NCBI GenBank assembly: GCA_047602405.1
Contig: JASGHJ010000001.1
Location: 448,001 to 512,000, forward strand
From: Anaeromyxobacteraceae bacterium
Lineage (GTDB): Bacteria; Myxococcota; Myxococcia; Myxococcales; Anaeromyxobacteraceae
DNA length: 64,000 nt
Direction: 5' to 3'
Position numbers and translations under genes: made by a program. The notes below the pieces were generated by a model. That model was not told the origin of the DNA, made no database searches, and was given only the letters and a program-made list of their open reading frames with translations. This document shows, in pieces, positions 21,482 through 34,060 of this stretch (position 1 is the first letter of the stretch; each line of letters opens with the position of its first letter).

Positions 21482-22215
21482 GCCGTCGCCTCCTCGTGCC
21501 CCTCGCCGGGCACCGCCGGCCTCGGGGTCTGCCGCACGTCGTGGCGGACCTTGCCGTCGCGCATCGTGATCACCCGGGCCGCGTGCTCGGCGATGTCCGG
21601 CTCGTGCGTCACGAGGATGACCGTGATGCCGGTCCGGCCGAGCGCCTGGAAGAGCGCCATGACCTCGATGCTGGTGCGCGAGTCGAGGTTGCCGGTGGGC
21701 TCGTCGGCGAGGATCACCCGCGGGCGGTTCACGAGCGCGCGGGCGATGGCCACCCGCTGCTGCTGGCCGCCGGACATCTGGTTCGGGTGGTGGTCGAGCC
21801 GGCCGCCGAGGCCCACCCGCTCGAGCGACTCCTTCGCGCGCGCGTGCCGCTCCTGCGCCGGCACGCCGGAGTAGAGGAGCGGCAGCTCGCAGTTCTCGAG
21901 CGCGCTCGTGCGCGAGAGGAGGTTGAAGTTCTGGAAGACGAAGCCGAGCGTGCGGTTGCGGATCGCCGCGAGCGCGTCGTTGTCGAGCTTCGAGATCTCC
22001 TGCCCCTCGAGCAGGTAGCGGCCCGAGGTCGGCCGGTCGAGGCAGCCGAGCAGGTTCATGAGCGTCGACTTGCCCGAGCCGGACGCGCCCATGATCGCGG
22101 TGAACTCGCCCTCGGCGATGCCGAGCGAGACCCCGTCGAGCGCGCGGAGCTCGACGTCACCCATGGTGTATACCTTCGTGACGTCTTCGAGCTGGATGAG
22201 CGGGGCGCCGGCCAT
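21478..22215 (-). CDS. ABC transporter ATP-binding protein (MacB/LolD-like)
   Basis: GASGSGKST, MSGGQQQR, ILADEPTGNLD. Confidence 0.96.
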   Translation of the reverse strand: MAGAPLIQLEDVTKVYTMGDVELRALDGVSLGIAEGEFTAIMGASGSGKSTLMNLLGCLDRPTSGRYLLEGQEISKLDNDALAAIRNRTLGFVFQNFNLLSRTSALENCELPLLYSGVPAQERHARAKESLERVGLGGRLDHHPNQMSGGQQQRVAIARALVNRPRVILADEPTGNLDSRTSIEVMALFQALGRTGITVILVTHEPDIAEHAARVITMRDGKVRHDVRQTPRPAVPGEGHEEATA

Positions 22216-22224
22216 GGCCGCCTC

Positions 22225-23541
22225 CTAGAGCCCGCGCCGCATCGCCTGGGCGAAGCCGGACGGCGGGCCCTGCGCGTCGGTGACGACGGTGTCGCCCTCC
22301 TTGAGCTCGCCCTCGACGAGCTCGGTGAACGAGCCGTCGGAGATGCCGGTGCGGACGCGCACGGGCGCGGGCTTCTCCTCGCGCATCACCCAGAGCGTGC
22401 GGCGATCCGGCGACTCGGCGCCGCGCACGCCGCCGCCGCCCGGGCGCTGCCCGCCGGGGCCGGCGCCGGCGCCGGGCTGGCCGCCCTGGCCGGCCTGGCC
22501 GCCACCCTGCGGACGGCCCTCGGCGCGCGGGCCGCCCTGCGCGCCGCCCTGGCCGCCGCCGCTCGCCGCGAGCAGGTTCGGCGGGGGCCGGAAGCGGAGC
22601 GCGGCGTTCGGGACCTTCAGCACGTCCTCCTTCTCCGCGTAGACGAACGTGACGTTGGCGGTCATGCCCGGCTTGAGCTTCAGCTCCGGGTTCGCGACGT
22701 CGACCACGGCGTCGTAGGTCACGACGTTCTGCACGGTGGTGGGCGCGTTGCGGATCTGGCGGACCTTGCCGCGGAAGACCTCCGCCGGGTACGCGTCGAC
22801 GGTGAAGCTCGCGTCCATGCCCTCGCGCAGGCGGCCCACGTCGGCCTCGGCGACCGAGGTGTCGACCTGCATGCGCTTCAGGTCCTCGGCGATGACGAAG
22901 AGGGTCGGCGCCTGGAGGGAGGCGGCCACCGTCTGGCCGACGTCGACGCTGCGGGAGATCACGACGCCGTCGGTCGGCGAGAGGATGTTCGTGTAGTTGA
23001 GGTTGACCTCGGCCTGGTGGAGCGCGGCGCGCGTCTGCGCGACGGTGCCCTCCGCGGCGGCCACGCCGGCGGCGTTCGCGTCGGCGGTCGACTGCGCCGT
23101 GTCGTAGTCGGCCTGCGCGACGAGCTTCTTGTCGAGGAGCGCCTTCGAGCGGGCGGCCTGGCGCGCGGCGTCGGCGGCCTGGGCCTTCGCCTTCGCGAGG
23201 TTGCCGGTGGCCGCGGCGAGGTTCGCGCGGGCCTGCTCGACCGCGGCCGCGAAGAGCTGCGGGTCGATCTTCGCGATGAGCTGGCCCTTCTTCACCGGCG
23301 TGTTGAAGTCGGCGTGGAGCTCGGCGATGCGCCCCGACACCTGGCTGCCGACCTGGACCGTGACGAGGGCCGAGAGCGTGCCGCTCGCGGTGACCTTCGC
23401 GAGGATGCGTCCCTTCTCGAGCTTCGCGGTCTCCATCTTGACCGGCGGCCCGGACTTGCTCGAGCCGAGCTTCCAGGCGGCCAGGCCGCCGACGGCGACC
23501 ACGGCGACCACGGTGGAGAGGATGACGTTGCGCTTCGACAT
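22225..23541 (-). CDS. MacA-like periplasmic adaptor subunit
   Basis: N-terminal TM; VQVGSQVSG, SPTDGVV, GQTVAASLQAP, LKPGMTA; Gly/Gln-rich C-terminal linker. Confidence 0.93.
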   Translation of the reverse strand: MSKRNVILSTVVAVVAVGGLAAWKLGSSKSGPPVKMETAKLEKGRILAKVTASGTLSALVTVQVGSQVSGRIAELHADFNTPVKKGQLIAKIDPQLFAAAVEQARANLAAATGNLAKAKAQAADAARQAARSKALLDKKLVAQADYDTAQSTADANAAGVAAAEGTVAQTRAALHQAEVNLNYTNILSPTDGVVISRSVDVGQTVAASLQAPTLFVIAEDLKRMQVDTSVAEADVGRLREGMDASFTVDAYPAEVFRGKVRQIRNAPTTVQNVVTYDAVVDVANPELKLKPGMTANVTFVYAEKEDVLKVPNAALRFRPPPNLLAASGGGQGGAQGGPRAEGRPQGGGQAGQGGQPGAGAGPGGQRPGGGGVRGAESPDRRTLWVMREEKPAPVRVRTGISDGSFTELVEGELKEGDTVVTDAQGPPSGFAQAMRRGL

Positions 23542-23641
23542 GGGATGAGCTCCGGCGACGGGGAGGCGGGTTCGGCTCCTCACGAGATCCTGCGCGAACC
23601 GGGCGGACTCGTACCACGTCCCCGACCCCACACGGGGCCGA

Positions 23642-23680
23642 AGGTTAACGGCCGAGCCCTCGTGCTTCACACTTCTTCAC
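23642..23680 (-). promoter_or_regulatory. Putative promoter with a GTGAAG direct repeat upstream of the exporter operon
   Basis: Minus strand GTGAAG-aagt-GTGAAG (10-bp period), 17 nt upstream of a TAACCT -10-like hexamer. Confidence 0.4.
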
Positions 23681-23694
23681 GTCGGCGGCGACCG

Positions 23695-26323
<2,629 letters not shown>

Positions 26324-26333
26324 GCCCCGAAGG

Positions 26334-27287
26334 CTACCCCATCGCTCGTTGCGTCGCCCACCAGGCGGCCGTCGCGCGCAGGCCCTCGTCGAGCGTGAAC
26401 GGCGGAGTCCAGCCGAAGTCCCGCCGGAACCGGCCGCCGTCCACCGCGAGCGACCCGAGCAGGCGATCCGCGGTCGGCCGGCGCCCGAGGGCCGCCGCCG
26501 CCGCGCGCAGCGCCCAGGGCGGGATGGGGAGGAGCCGCGGCGCTCGGCCCATGACGCCCGCGATGCGCCGGACCAGCTCCGGCGTCGAGACCGACTCCCC
26601 ATCCGAGACGAGCCACGCTCCCGCAGTGCCCCGCCCCTCCACGGCGACGCGCACCGCGTCGGCCAGGTTCTCGACGTAGACGAGGCTGCGACGGTTCTCG
26701 ACGGCGCCGAGCGGCAACGGGACGCCGCGCGCGACGGCGCCCATGAGCCGGGCGAAGTTCGCCTTCACGCCCGGGCCGTACACGAGCGGAGGGCGCAGGG
26801 ACACGTGCTCCAGCCCCGTCTCCGCGGCGACGCGCGCGAGCGCCGCCTCGGCCTCCACCTTGCTCACGCCGTACGGGTCGCAGGGCGCGAGGCGGTCGTC
26901 CTCGGTGTAGGGAGCCGCGCGGCCCTCGCCCATGACCTTGACGCTCGAGAGGAGCACGAACCGGCGCGCGCCGGCCGCGGCGGCGCACCGGGCCAGCTGC
27001 TCGGTCCACGCCACGTTCACCTTCCGGTAAGCGGCGAGCGGCTCGGGGGCGTCGTCGCGCAGGACGTGGACCCGCGCGGCCGCGTGCACGACGGCCTCGA
27101 TCCCCTCCATCGCCGCGCGCCAGCGCTCGGGCCCGGAGTCCGCGTCGAGGCGCAGCGCCTCCACCCCCGCGACGTCGATGGGCGCCCCGCGGGTCGAGGC
27201 CCGCACCGGATGTCCCGCGGAGACGAGGCGCCGCGCGATGGCGCGCCCCACGAACCCCGTCGCGCCGGTGACGAGGACCGCGCTCAC
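26334..27287 (-). CDS. NAD-dependent epimerase/dehydratase (UDP-sugar 4-epimerase/reductase-like)
   Basis: VTGATGFVG, HAAARVH, SSVKV, YGVSK, RPPLVYGPG. Confidence 0.92.
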   Translation of the reverse strand: MSAVLVTGATGFVGRAIARRLVSAGHPVRASTRGAPIDVAGVEALRLDADSGPERWRAAMEGIEAVVHAAARVHVLRDDAPEPLAAYRKVNVAWTEQLARCAAAAGARRFVLLSSVKVMGEGRAAPYTEDDRLAPCDPYGVSKVEAEAALARVAAETGLEHVSLRPPLVYGPGVKANFARLMGAVARGVPLPLGAVENRRSLVYVENLADAVRVAVEGRGTAGAWLVSDGESVSTPELVRRIAGVMGRAPRLLPIPPWALRAAAAALGRRPTADRLLGSLAVDGGRFRRDFGWTPPFTLDEGLRATAAWWATQRAMG

Positions 27288-28312
27288 CGCCCCGACCCCT
27301 GCACGATCGGCCCGCGCGCCTCCAGCCTCCGCACCGCGGCGACCATGAACAGGAAGATCGCCAGCGGGATGAGGGCGAGCGCGCCCCGCGCAGGCCCCGG
27401 CGCCACGGGCCAGGCCGCCGCGGCGATCGCGCAGGGCACCATGCCCGCGAGGGCGGTCGCGGTGATGCGCCGGTGGGGCACCCCCAGCGCGAGCGGGCGC
27501 TGGTACCAGTGGGAGCGGTGGGCCTCGTACCAGCGCTCACCCCGCAGGATCCGCGCGACGAGCGTGGTGGTGGCGTCGAGCAGGAAGAGCGCGAGCGCGA
27601 GCAGGACCGACGCCACCGGCACGCTCCGCCCGGCGGCGAGCAGCGGCGTGCAGCCCAGGAAGAAGCCGATCGCGGTGGAGCCGGCGTCCCCCATGAAGAT
27701 CCGTGCGCGAGGGAAGTTGTGGACCAGGAAGCCGGCCGAGGCGCCCGCGAGCGCCACCAGCATCGCGACCACGCCGAGCTCGGAGCCGAGGGCGGCGGCC
27801 CCGGCGATCCCGAGGGCCGCGAGGACTGCTTGCCCCCCGGCGAGGCCGTCGACCCCGTCCATGAAGTTGTAGAGGTTGGTGCTCCAGACGATCGCCACCG
27901 TGCCGGCCACGGCGGCGAGCCACGCGACCGGCCCCTCGACGCCGTGCGCCTCCGCCCACGCGGGCCCCGCGGCGGCCACGACCGTCGCGGCGCACACGAG
28001 CTGCATGGCGAGCCGGAGGCGGGCCGGCAGCGGACGGAGGTCGTCCACCAGGCCGAGGGCCGCGATGAGCGCGGTGCACGCGAGGATCGGTCCCGAGCCC
28101 TCGACCCCGCCTCGCACCGACACGGCCGCCGCCGCGCCCAGGAAGCTGAGCGCGAGCGCGACCCCGCCCAGCCTGGGCGTCGGGACCTCGTGCGCGCTCC
28201 GCGCGTTCGGGTTGTCGAGGAGGCTGCGCCGGAGCGCGATCTCCCGCAGGACGGGGGTCAGGGCCGTCGCGATCAGGAAGGTCGCGAGGGCGGTGGCGGT
28301 GAGCACGATCAT
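27284..28312 (-). CDS. WecA/WbpL-like undecaprenyl-phosphate HexNAc-1-phosphate transferase (MraY-like)
   Basis: DNPNARSAH..PTPRLGG, GLVDD, NLYNFMDGVDG, IFMGDAGS, AHRSH. Confidence 0.92.
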   Translation of the reverse strand: MIVLTATALATFLIATALTPVLREIALRRSLLDNPNARSAHEVPTPRLGGVALALSFLGAAAAVSVRGGVEGSGPILACTALIAALGLVDDLRPLPARLRLAMQLVCAATVVAAAGPAWAEAHGVEGPVAWLAAVAGTVAIVWSTNLYNFMDGVDGLAGGQAVLAALGIAGAAALGSELGVVAMLVALAGASAGFLVHNFPRARIFMGDAGSTAIGFFLGCTPLLAAGRSVPVASVLLALALFLLDATTTLVARILRGERWYEAHRSHWYQRPLALGVPHRRITATALAGMVPCAIAAAAWPVAPGPARGALALIPLAIFLFMVAAVRRLEARGPIVQGSGR

Positions 28313-29178
28313 GCGGCCCGCGGCCTCAACAGGACGTCGAATCCCGACACGGACAGCTCCTCCGCGGTGAAGTCACCCAGGTCGGCGTGGACGGCCCCCG
28401 GCGCGAGCGCCGGCCGCTCGAAGCGGTCCACCCGGAGGAGCGTCGCCTCGAAGCCCGCGCGATCGTACGCCCGCAGGTGCTCGGAGAACCTGAGGCGGTT
28501 CGTGTAGAACCCGCTCCGCCTCGCGAAGCCGTCCGCCTCCCACAGCGCGCTCGAGAAGCGCAGGTTCGCGAGCCCGCCTCCCAGGTGGTCCTGGAGGTCG
28601 ACGCGGTGGGAGGCCACCCCGTCGGGCCGGAGCACGCGGCGCAGCTCGCCCATCATCGCGTCGAACTCCGCGCGAGGGACGTGCTCGAGCACGGCCTGCG
28701 AGAAGACCAGGTCCACGCTCCCGGACTCCACCTGCCGCAGGGACTCGAGCCCGGAGACGAGGTAGGTCGCGCCGCACGCGGCGAGCACGTCCTCCAGCGT
28801 GCGCGCGTCGAGGAGGTCGACGCGGCCGGACCCCTGCTCCTCCAGGTGACGCGCGAGCTCGCGGTACAGCTCCACGTCGCGAGACGCGAACGCGCCCGCG
28901 TCGACGAGCACGGAGCGCTCCACGCCGAGCGCGCGCCCGATCACCGCGGAGAAGGCGGTGTCGCCGGGCCCGAGCTCGAGCACGCTGCGCACCTTCCGCC
29001 CCGCGCCGGCCCGGCCCAGGTGCTCCCGGTACACGCGCAGCGCGTACGAGTGCTGGTCCATGGCGCCGTGCCGGAAAAGTGAGAGCTTCGCCCACCAGGC
29101 GTAGGGCACCGGGAGGCGCGAGAGCGCCACCTTCACGGCGATGCGGGCCCACCATGGAATTGCCCGTCGCAGCTCCAT
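28309..29178 (-). CDS. Class I SAM methyltransferase in the polysaccharide cluster
   Basis: VLELGPGD, VFSQAVLEHV, RVLRPDG. Confidence 0.85.
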   Translation of the reverse strand: MELRRAIPWWARIAVKVALSRLPVPYAWWAKLSLFRHGAMDQHSYALRVYREHLGRAGAGRKVRSVLELGPGDTAFSAVIGRALGVERSVLVDAGAFASRDVELYRELARHLEEQGSGRVDLLDARTLEDVLAACGATYLVSGLESLRQVESGSVDLVFSQAVLEHVPRAEFDAMMGELRRVLRPDGVASHRVDLQDHLGGGLANLRFSSALWEADGFARRSGFYTNRLRFSEHLRAYDRAGFEATLLRVDRFERPALAPGAVHADLGDFTAEELSVSGFDVLLRPRAA

Positions 29179-29315
29179 CGTCGAACGCGGATACCGTATC
29201 GGCTCCCTGGACGCAAATCGCGCCCTCGTGATTCCCCGGTCGCCCGCCGCCTCGCCTCCCCGTGTGACCAGGCCGGGCCTTGGGGTAGACTCCGTGCCCT
29301 CCGGAGACGTCCGCA

Positions 29316-30500
29316 ATGCCATCGCTCCTCGTCGTGACCACGACCGCAGGCATGATCGAGTCGTTCCTGCTGCCGTACGCCGCCCACTTCTCGAGGCTCG
29401 GGTGGAAGGTCGAGGCGCTCACCTCCGAGGACCCCTCCGCACTGCTCCAGCCGGGCCGCTTCCAGGCAGCGCACGACTGCCCCTGGTCGCGAGACCCACT
29501 CGACTCCCGGAACGTGTTCGAGGCGCCGCGGCGCGTGCGCGAGGTGGTCGGCCGCGGCGAGTACGACCTCGTGCACGTGCACTCGCCGATCGCGGCGTTC
29601 GTCACCCGCGCCGCCCTGCGCAGGCTCAGGCTCGCCCCGGGCGGACCGAAGGTCGTCTACACGGCGCACGGCTTCCACTTCCACTCCGCGGGCAACCCTG
29701 CGTCGAACGCGTTCTACCTCGCGATGGAGAAGCTCGCGGGCCGCTGGACCGACCGCCTCGTCCTGATGAACGAGGAGGACATGGCCGCCGCACGCCGGCA
29801 CCGCATCGTGCCCGAGGAGCGGCTGCGCTTCATGCCCGGCATCGGCGTCGACCTCTCGATCTACGGCGGACCTCCCGCCTCCAGCGAGCAGCGGCTCGCC
29901 TCCCTGGCCGACACGGGGCTCCCCCCCGGCGCCCCCTACGTGCTCGTCGTCGCCGAGTTCATCCCGCGCAAGCGGCACGCCGACGTGGTGGGGGCGATGC
30001 GGCGGCTCCTGGATCGGCACCCCGACAGCCCGCTGCACGTCCTCCTCGCCGGGCGCGGGCCGCTCGAACCCGGCATCCGGGCCCTCGTCGCGAAGGCGGG
30101 CCTCGAGCAGCGCGTCCACTTCCTCGGCTTCCGGCGCGACATCCCCGTGCTCCTCCAGGGCGCCTCCGCCGCCCTGCTGGCGTCGGAGCAGGAGGGGTTG
30201 CCCCGCTGCCTGCTCGAGGCCATGGCGGCGGGCACCCCGACGATCGCGACGCGGATCCGCGGCGTGGTGGACCTGCTCGAGGGCGGCGTGGGGCGCCTCG
30301 TCGACGTGGGAGACGTCGAGGACCTGGCCGCTGCCCTCGAGGAGGTCACGGCGGCGCGGGGATCCACCGGAGCGCAGGTCGCCGCTGCGCGCCGCCGGGT
30401 CGAGGGCTACGCCCTCCCCAACCTCCTCCGGCTCCACGAGGAGCTCTACGAGGAGGCCCTGCGGCAGCCCGGCCCCGCCGCGCTCGCCGGCGCCGCGTGA
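29316..30500 (+). CDS. GT4 glycosyltransferase
   Basis: [35 protein letters not shown]. Confidence 0.92.
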   Translation: MPSLLVVTTTAGMIESFLLPYAAHFSRLGWKVEALTSEDPSALLQPGRFQAAHDCPWSRDPLDSRNVFEAPRRVREVVGRGEYDLVHVHSPIAAFVTRAALRRLRLAPGGPKVVYTAHGFHFHSAGNPASNAFYLAMEKLAGRWTDRLVLMNEEDMAAARRHRIVPEERLRFMPGIGVDLSIYGGPPASSEQRLASLADTGLPPGAPYVLVVAEFIPRKRHADVVGAMRRLLDRHPDSPLHVLLAGRGPLEPGIRALVAKAGLEQRVHFLGFRRDIPVLLQGASAALLASEQEGLPRCLLEAMAAGTPTIATRIRGVVDLLEGGVGRLVDVGDVEDLAAALEEVTAARGSTGAQVAAARRRVEGYALPNLLRLHEELYEEALRQPGPAALAGAA

Positions 30501-30585
30501 GCGGTCGCGGCCGGCCGCCCGGACGAGGACGGCGCCACCCTTCCGCGCCCGGGCGGGCGCCGACCTCTGCTATGGTCCGGGACGG

Positions 30586-31476
30586 ATGGCACCTCGACGC
30601 AAGGGCATCGTCCTCGCTGGCGGTGCGGGCACCCGCCTGTACCCCGCCACGCTCGCGGTGTCGAAGCAGCTGCTGCCCGTCTACGACAAGCCGATGATCT
30701 ACTACCCGCTCTCGGCGCTCATGCTCGCCGGGATCCGGGAGGTGCTCGTCATCTCGACGCCGCAGGACACGCCCCGGTTCCAGAGCCTCCTCGGCGACGG
30801 CTCGGCCTGGGGGATGAACCTCCAGTACAAGGTGCAGCCCAGCCCGGACGGCCTCGCGCAGGCGTTCATCCTCGGCGCCGAGTTCGTCGGGAGCGACCCC
30901 TCGGCCCTCGTGCTCGGCGACAACATCTTCTACGGCCACGAGTTCCAGAAGCTCGTGCAGGCCGCGAACGAGCGGCCGGACGGCGCGACCGTCTTCGCCT
31001 ACGCCGTGACCGACCCGGAGCGCTACGGCGTGGTCGAGTTCGACGGCGCGCGCCGCGCGGTCAGCCTCGAGGAGAAGCCGGCGCGGCCCAAGTCCAAGTA
31101 CGCCGTGACCGGGCTGTACTTCTACGACCCCGAGGTCGTCCGGCTCGCGAAGGCGCTCAGGCCGTCCGCCCGCGGCGAGCTCGAGATCACCGACCTCAAC
31201 CGGCTCTACCTCGAGCAGGGCAAGCTCTCGGTCGAGATCATGGGCCGCGGCTACGCCTGGCTGGACACCGGCACGCACGACTCGCTCGTCGAGGCCGGCC
31301 AGTTCATCGCGACCATCGAGAAGCGGCAGGGGCTCAAGATCGCCTGCCCGGAGGAGGTCGCCTGGCGGCAGGGCTGGATCGACGACGCGCAGCTCGAGCG
31401 GTGCGCGGTGGCGCTCGGCAAGTCGACCTACGGCGCGTACCTGAGGCACCTGCTCGGCGCGAAGGTCTTCTCGTGA
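30586..31476 (+). CDS. rfbA: Glucose-1-phosphate thymidylyltransferase
   Basis: [44 protein letters not shown]. Confidence 0.97.
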   Translation: MAPRRKGIVLAGGAGTRLYPATLAVSKQLLPVYDKPMIYYPLSALMLAGIREVLVISTPQDTPRFQSLLGDGSAWGMNLQYKVQPSPDGLAQAFILGAEFVGSDPSALVLGDNIFYGHEFQKLVQAANERPDGATVFAYAVTDPERYGVVEFDGARRAVSLEEKPARPKSKYAVTGLYFYDPEVVRLAKALRPSARGELEITDLNRLYLEQGKLSVEIMGRGYAWLDTGTHDSLVEAGQFIATIEKRQGLKIACPEEVAWRQGWIDDAQLERCAVALGKSTYGAYLRHLLGAKVFS

Positions 31477-32033
31477 ACGTCCGCAGGACGGCGATCCCGG
31501 ACGTGCTCGTGCTCGAGCCGAAGCTCTTCGGGGACGCGCGCGGGTTCTTCCTCGAGAGCTGGAACCAGCGGCTCTTCGACGAGGCCGTGGGCCGCCCGGT
31601 CACCTTCGTCCAGGACAACCACAGCCGCTCGGCGCGGGGCGTGCTGCGCGGGCTGCACTACCAGCAGCCGCGCCCGCAGGGAAAGCTCGTGCGCGTCGTG
31701 CGCGGCGAGGTCTTCGACGTGGCGGTGGACCTGCGGCGCGGCTCGGCCACCTTCGGCCGCTGGTTCGGCGAGCGCCTCTCGGCGGAGAACAGGCTGCAGA
31801 TGTGGGTCCCCGAGGGCTTCGCGCACGGGTTCCTCGTCCTGTCCGACGAGGCCGAGTTCCTCTACAAGACCACCGACTACTATGCACCCGAGCACGAGCG
31901 CTGCATCCGCTGGGACGACCCCGAGCTCGCGATCGCGTGGCCGGCCGGCGGCCCGTCCCCGGTCGTGTCGCAGCGCGACGCGAAGGGCGGCAGCTTCCGC
32001 GACGCCGTCGTCTTCGAGCCCCAGGAGCGCTGA
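31473..32033 (+). CDS. rfbC: dTDP-4-dehydrorhamnose 3,5-epimerase
   Basis: GTGA overlap; [30 protein letters not shown]. Confidence 0.96.
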   Translation: MNVRRTAIPDVLVLEPKLFGDARGFFLESWNQRLFDEAVGRPVTFVQDNHSRSARGVLRGLHYQQPRPQGKLVRVVRGEVFDVAVDLRRGSATFGRWFGERLSAENRLQMWVPEGFAHGFLVLSDEAEFLYKTTDYYAPEHERCIRWDDPELAIAWPAGGPSPVVSQRDAKGGSFRDAVVFEPQER

Positions 32034-32036
32034 CCC

Positions 32037-33050
32037 ATGAACGTCCTCCTCACCGGCGGCGCCGGCTTCATCGGCTCCAACCTCGTCCGGCTGCTCCTCG
32101 CCGAGCGGCCCGGCTGGCGCGTCATCGTGCTCGACAAGCTCACGTACGCCGGCAACGCCGAGAACCTGGCCGGGCTCGAGGGGGACCCGCGCTACCGGTT
32201 CGTCCGCGGCGACATCTGCAACGGCGAGCTCGTCGCCGACCTCTTCAAGACCGAGCGCATCGACGCGGTCATGCACCTCGCGGCCGAGAGCCACGTGGAC
32301 CGCTCGATCCTCGCGCCCTCGGTCTTCATCGAGACGAACGTGCGCGGCACCCAGGTGCTCCTCGAGGCCGCGCGCGAGCTCGGGGTGAAGCGCTTCCTGC
32401 ACGTGTCGACCGACGAGGTGTACGGCTCGCTCGGGCCGACCGGCCTCTTCACCGAGAAGACCCCGCTCGATCCGTCGTCGCCGTACTCGGCCTCGAAGGC
32501 GTCGAGCGACCTGCTCGCCCTGGCCTACGCGCACACCTTCAAGGTGCCCGTGGTGGTGACGCGCTGCTCGAACAACTACGGGCCGTGGCAGTTCCCGGAG
32601 AAGCTCATCCCGCTCATGATCGCGAACGCCGTCCGCGACCTGCCGCTGCCGGTGTACGGCGACGGCATGAACGTGCGCGACTGGATCCACGTCGAGGACC
32701 ACTGCCGCGGGCTCCTCGCCGCGCTCGAGCAGGGGCGCGACGGGCAGGTCTACAACTTCGGCGCCTCGAGCGAGCGGCACAACATCGACATCGTGAAGCA
32801 GGTGCTCGGGCTCACCGGCAAGCCCGAGGCGCTCATCCGCCACGTGAAGGACCGCCCCGGCCACGACCGCCGCTACGCGATCGACTCGACGAAGGCGCGG
32901 GACGAGCTCGGGTGGAAGCCGCGGCACGCCTTCGAGCAGGCGCTCGCCGAGACCGTCCGGTGGTACGTCGAGCACCGCCCGTGGTGGGAGCGGATCATCT
33001 CCGGCGAGTACCTGAAGTACTACGAGCGGCAGTACGGGAAGGGCCCGTAG
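32037..33050 (+). CDS. rfbB: dTDP-glucose 4,6-dehydratase
   Basis: TGGAGFIGSN, AAESHVDRS, STDEVYG, YSASK, DRPGHDRRY. Confidence 0.97.
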   Translation: MNVLLTGGAGFIGSNLVRLLLAERPGWRVIVLDKLTYAGNAENLAGLEGDPRYRFVRGDICNGELVADLFKTERIDAVMHLAAESHVDRSILAPSVFIETNVRGTQVLLEAARELGVKRFLHVSTDEVYGSLGPTGLFTEKTPLDPSSPYSASKASSDLLALAYAHTFKVPVVVTRCSNNYGPWQFPEKLIPLMIANAVRDLPLPVYGDGMNVRDWIHVEDHCRGLLAALEQGRDGQVYNFGASSERHNIDIVKQVLGLTGKPEALIRHVKDRPGHDRRYAIDSTKARDELGWKPRHAFEQALAETVRWYVEHRPWWERIISGEYLKYYERQYGKGP

Positions 33051-33083
33051 GCCGGCGGCGTCCCCGCGCGCCGGCCGCTCCGT

Positions 33084-34046
33084 TCACCCCGGCTCGCCGG
33101 TCCGCTCCGCCCGCACCATCCGCTCCACCGTCTCGGCCATCCCGACGTGGGGCGACCAGCCGAGCAGCTTCGCCGCCTTCCCCGGGTTCGCCTTGCCCTC
33201 CGAGATGTCGGAGGGGCGCAGCAGCGCGGGGTCGGTGTCGACGTGCGCGCGCCAGTCGAGCCCCACCGCCGCGAACGCGGCCGCGATGAAGTCCTCGAGC
33301 GAGCTCGTCCTGCCGGTCGCGATGATGAAGTCGTCGGGCCGCTCCTGCTGGAGCATGCGCCACATCGCGTCGACGTACTCCGGCGCCCAGCCCCAGTCGC
33401 GGCGCACGTTGATGTTGCCGAGCTTGAGCCGCTCGCCGCTGCCGCCGGCGATGCGGACGGCGGCGGAGACGATCTTGCGCGTCACGAAGCGCTCGGGGCG
33501 CAGCGGGGACTCGTGGTTGAAGAGCACGCCGTTGCACGCGAAGATCCGGTACGCCTCGCGGTAGTTCGCGACCACGAAGTGCGCCGCGGCCTTCGCGGCG
33601 GCGTACGGGCTGCGCGGGCGGAACGGCGTGTCCTCGGTGGCCGGCACGCCGAGCGTGTCGCCGAAGCACTCGCCGGAGCCCGCGTTGTAGAAGCGCACCG
33701 GCCGCTTGATGAACCGGATCGCCTCCAGGAGGTTGAGCGTCGCGAGCGTCACGCTCTCCATCGTCTCGACCGGCTGGTCGAAGGAGAGGCCGACCGAGCT
33801 CTGCCCGGAGAGGTTGTAGACCTCGTCCGGCTCGGTCTGCGCGAGGGCGGTGAGGACGCTCCGGAAGTCGTTCGGCGCGACCGAGAGGAGCTTCACCCGG
33901 TCGCGGATCTTCAGCGCCTTCAGCCCGTCGAAGCGGCTGAGGTTCGCGTCGCGCGAGGTGCCGAAGACCTCGTAGCCCTTCGCGAGGAGCAGGCGGGCCA
34001 GGTAGGCGCCGTCCTGACCGGAGACGCCGATGACGAGTGCGCGCAA
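33084..34046 (-). CDS. gmd: GDP-mannose 4,6-dehydratase
   Basis: TTG start after GGAGG; GQDGAYL, PRSPYAAAK, LFNHESPLR, FVTRKI, RDWGWA. Confidence 0.9.
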   Translation of the reverse strand: MRALVIGVSGQDGAYLARLLLAKGYEVFGTSRDANLSRFDGLKALKIRDRVKLLSVAPNDFRSVLTALAQTEPDEVYNLSGQSSVGLSFDQPVETMESVTLATLNLLEAIRFIKRPVRFYNAGSGECFGDTLGVPATEDTPFRPRSPYAAAKAAAHFVVANYREAYRIFACNGVLFNHESPLRPERFVTRKIVSAAVRIAGGSGERLKLGNINVRRDWGWAPEYVDAMWRMLQQERPDDFIIATGRTSSLEDFIAAAFAAVGLDWRAHVDTDPALLRPSDISEGKANPGKAAKLLGWSPHVGMAETVERMVRAERTGEPG

Positions 34047-34060
34047 GGCGACCTCCCGGA

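Noticed and set aside
22430..22565. GGC/CAG-rich quasi-repeats
   Set aside because: Encode a Gly/Gln/Pro linker in the adaptor protein; not CRISPR or a tandem array.
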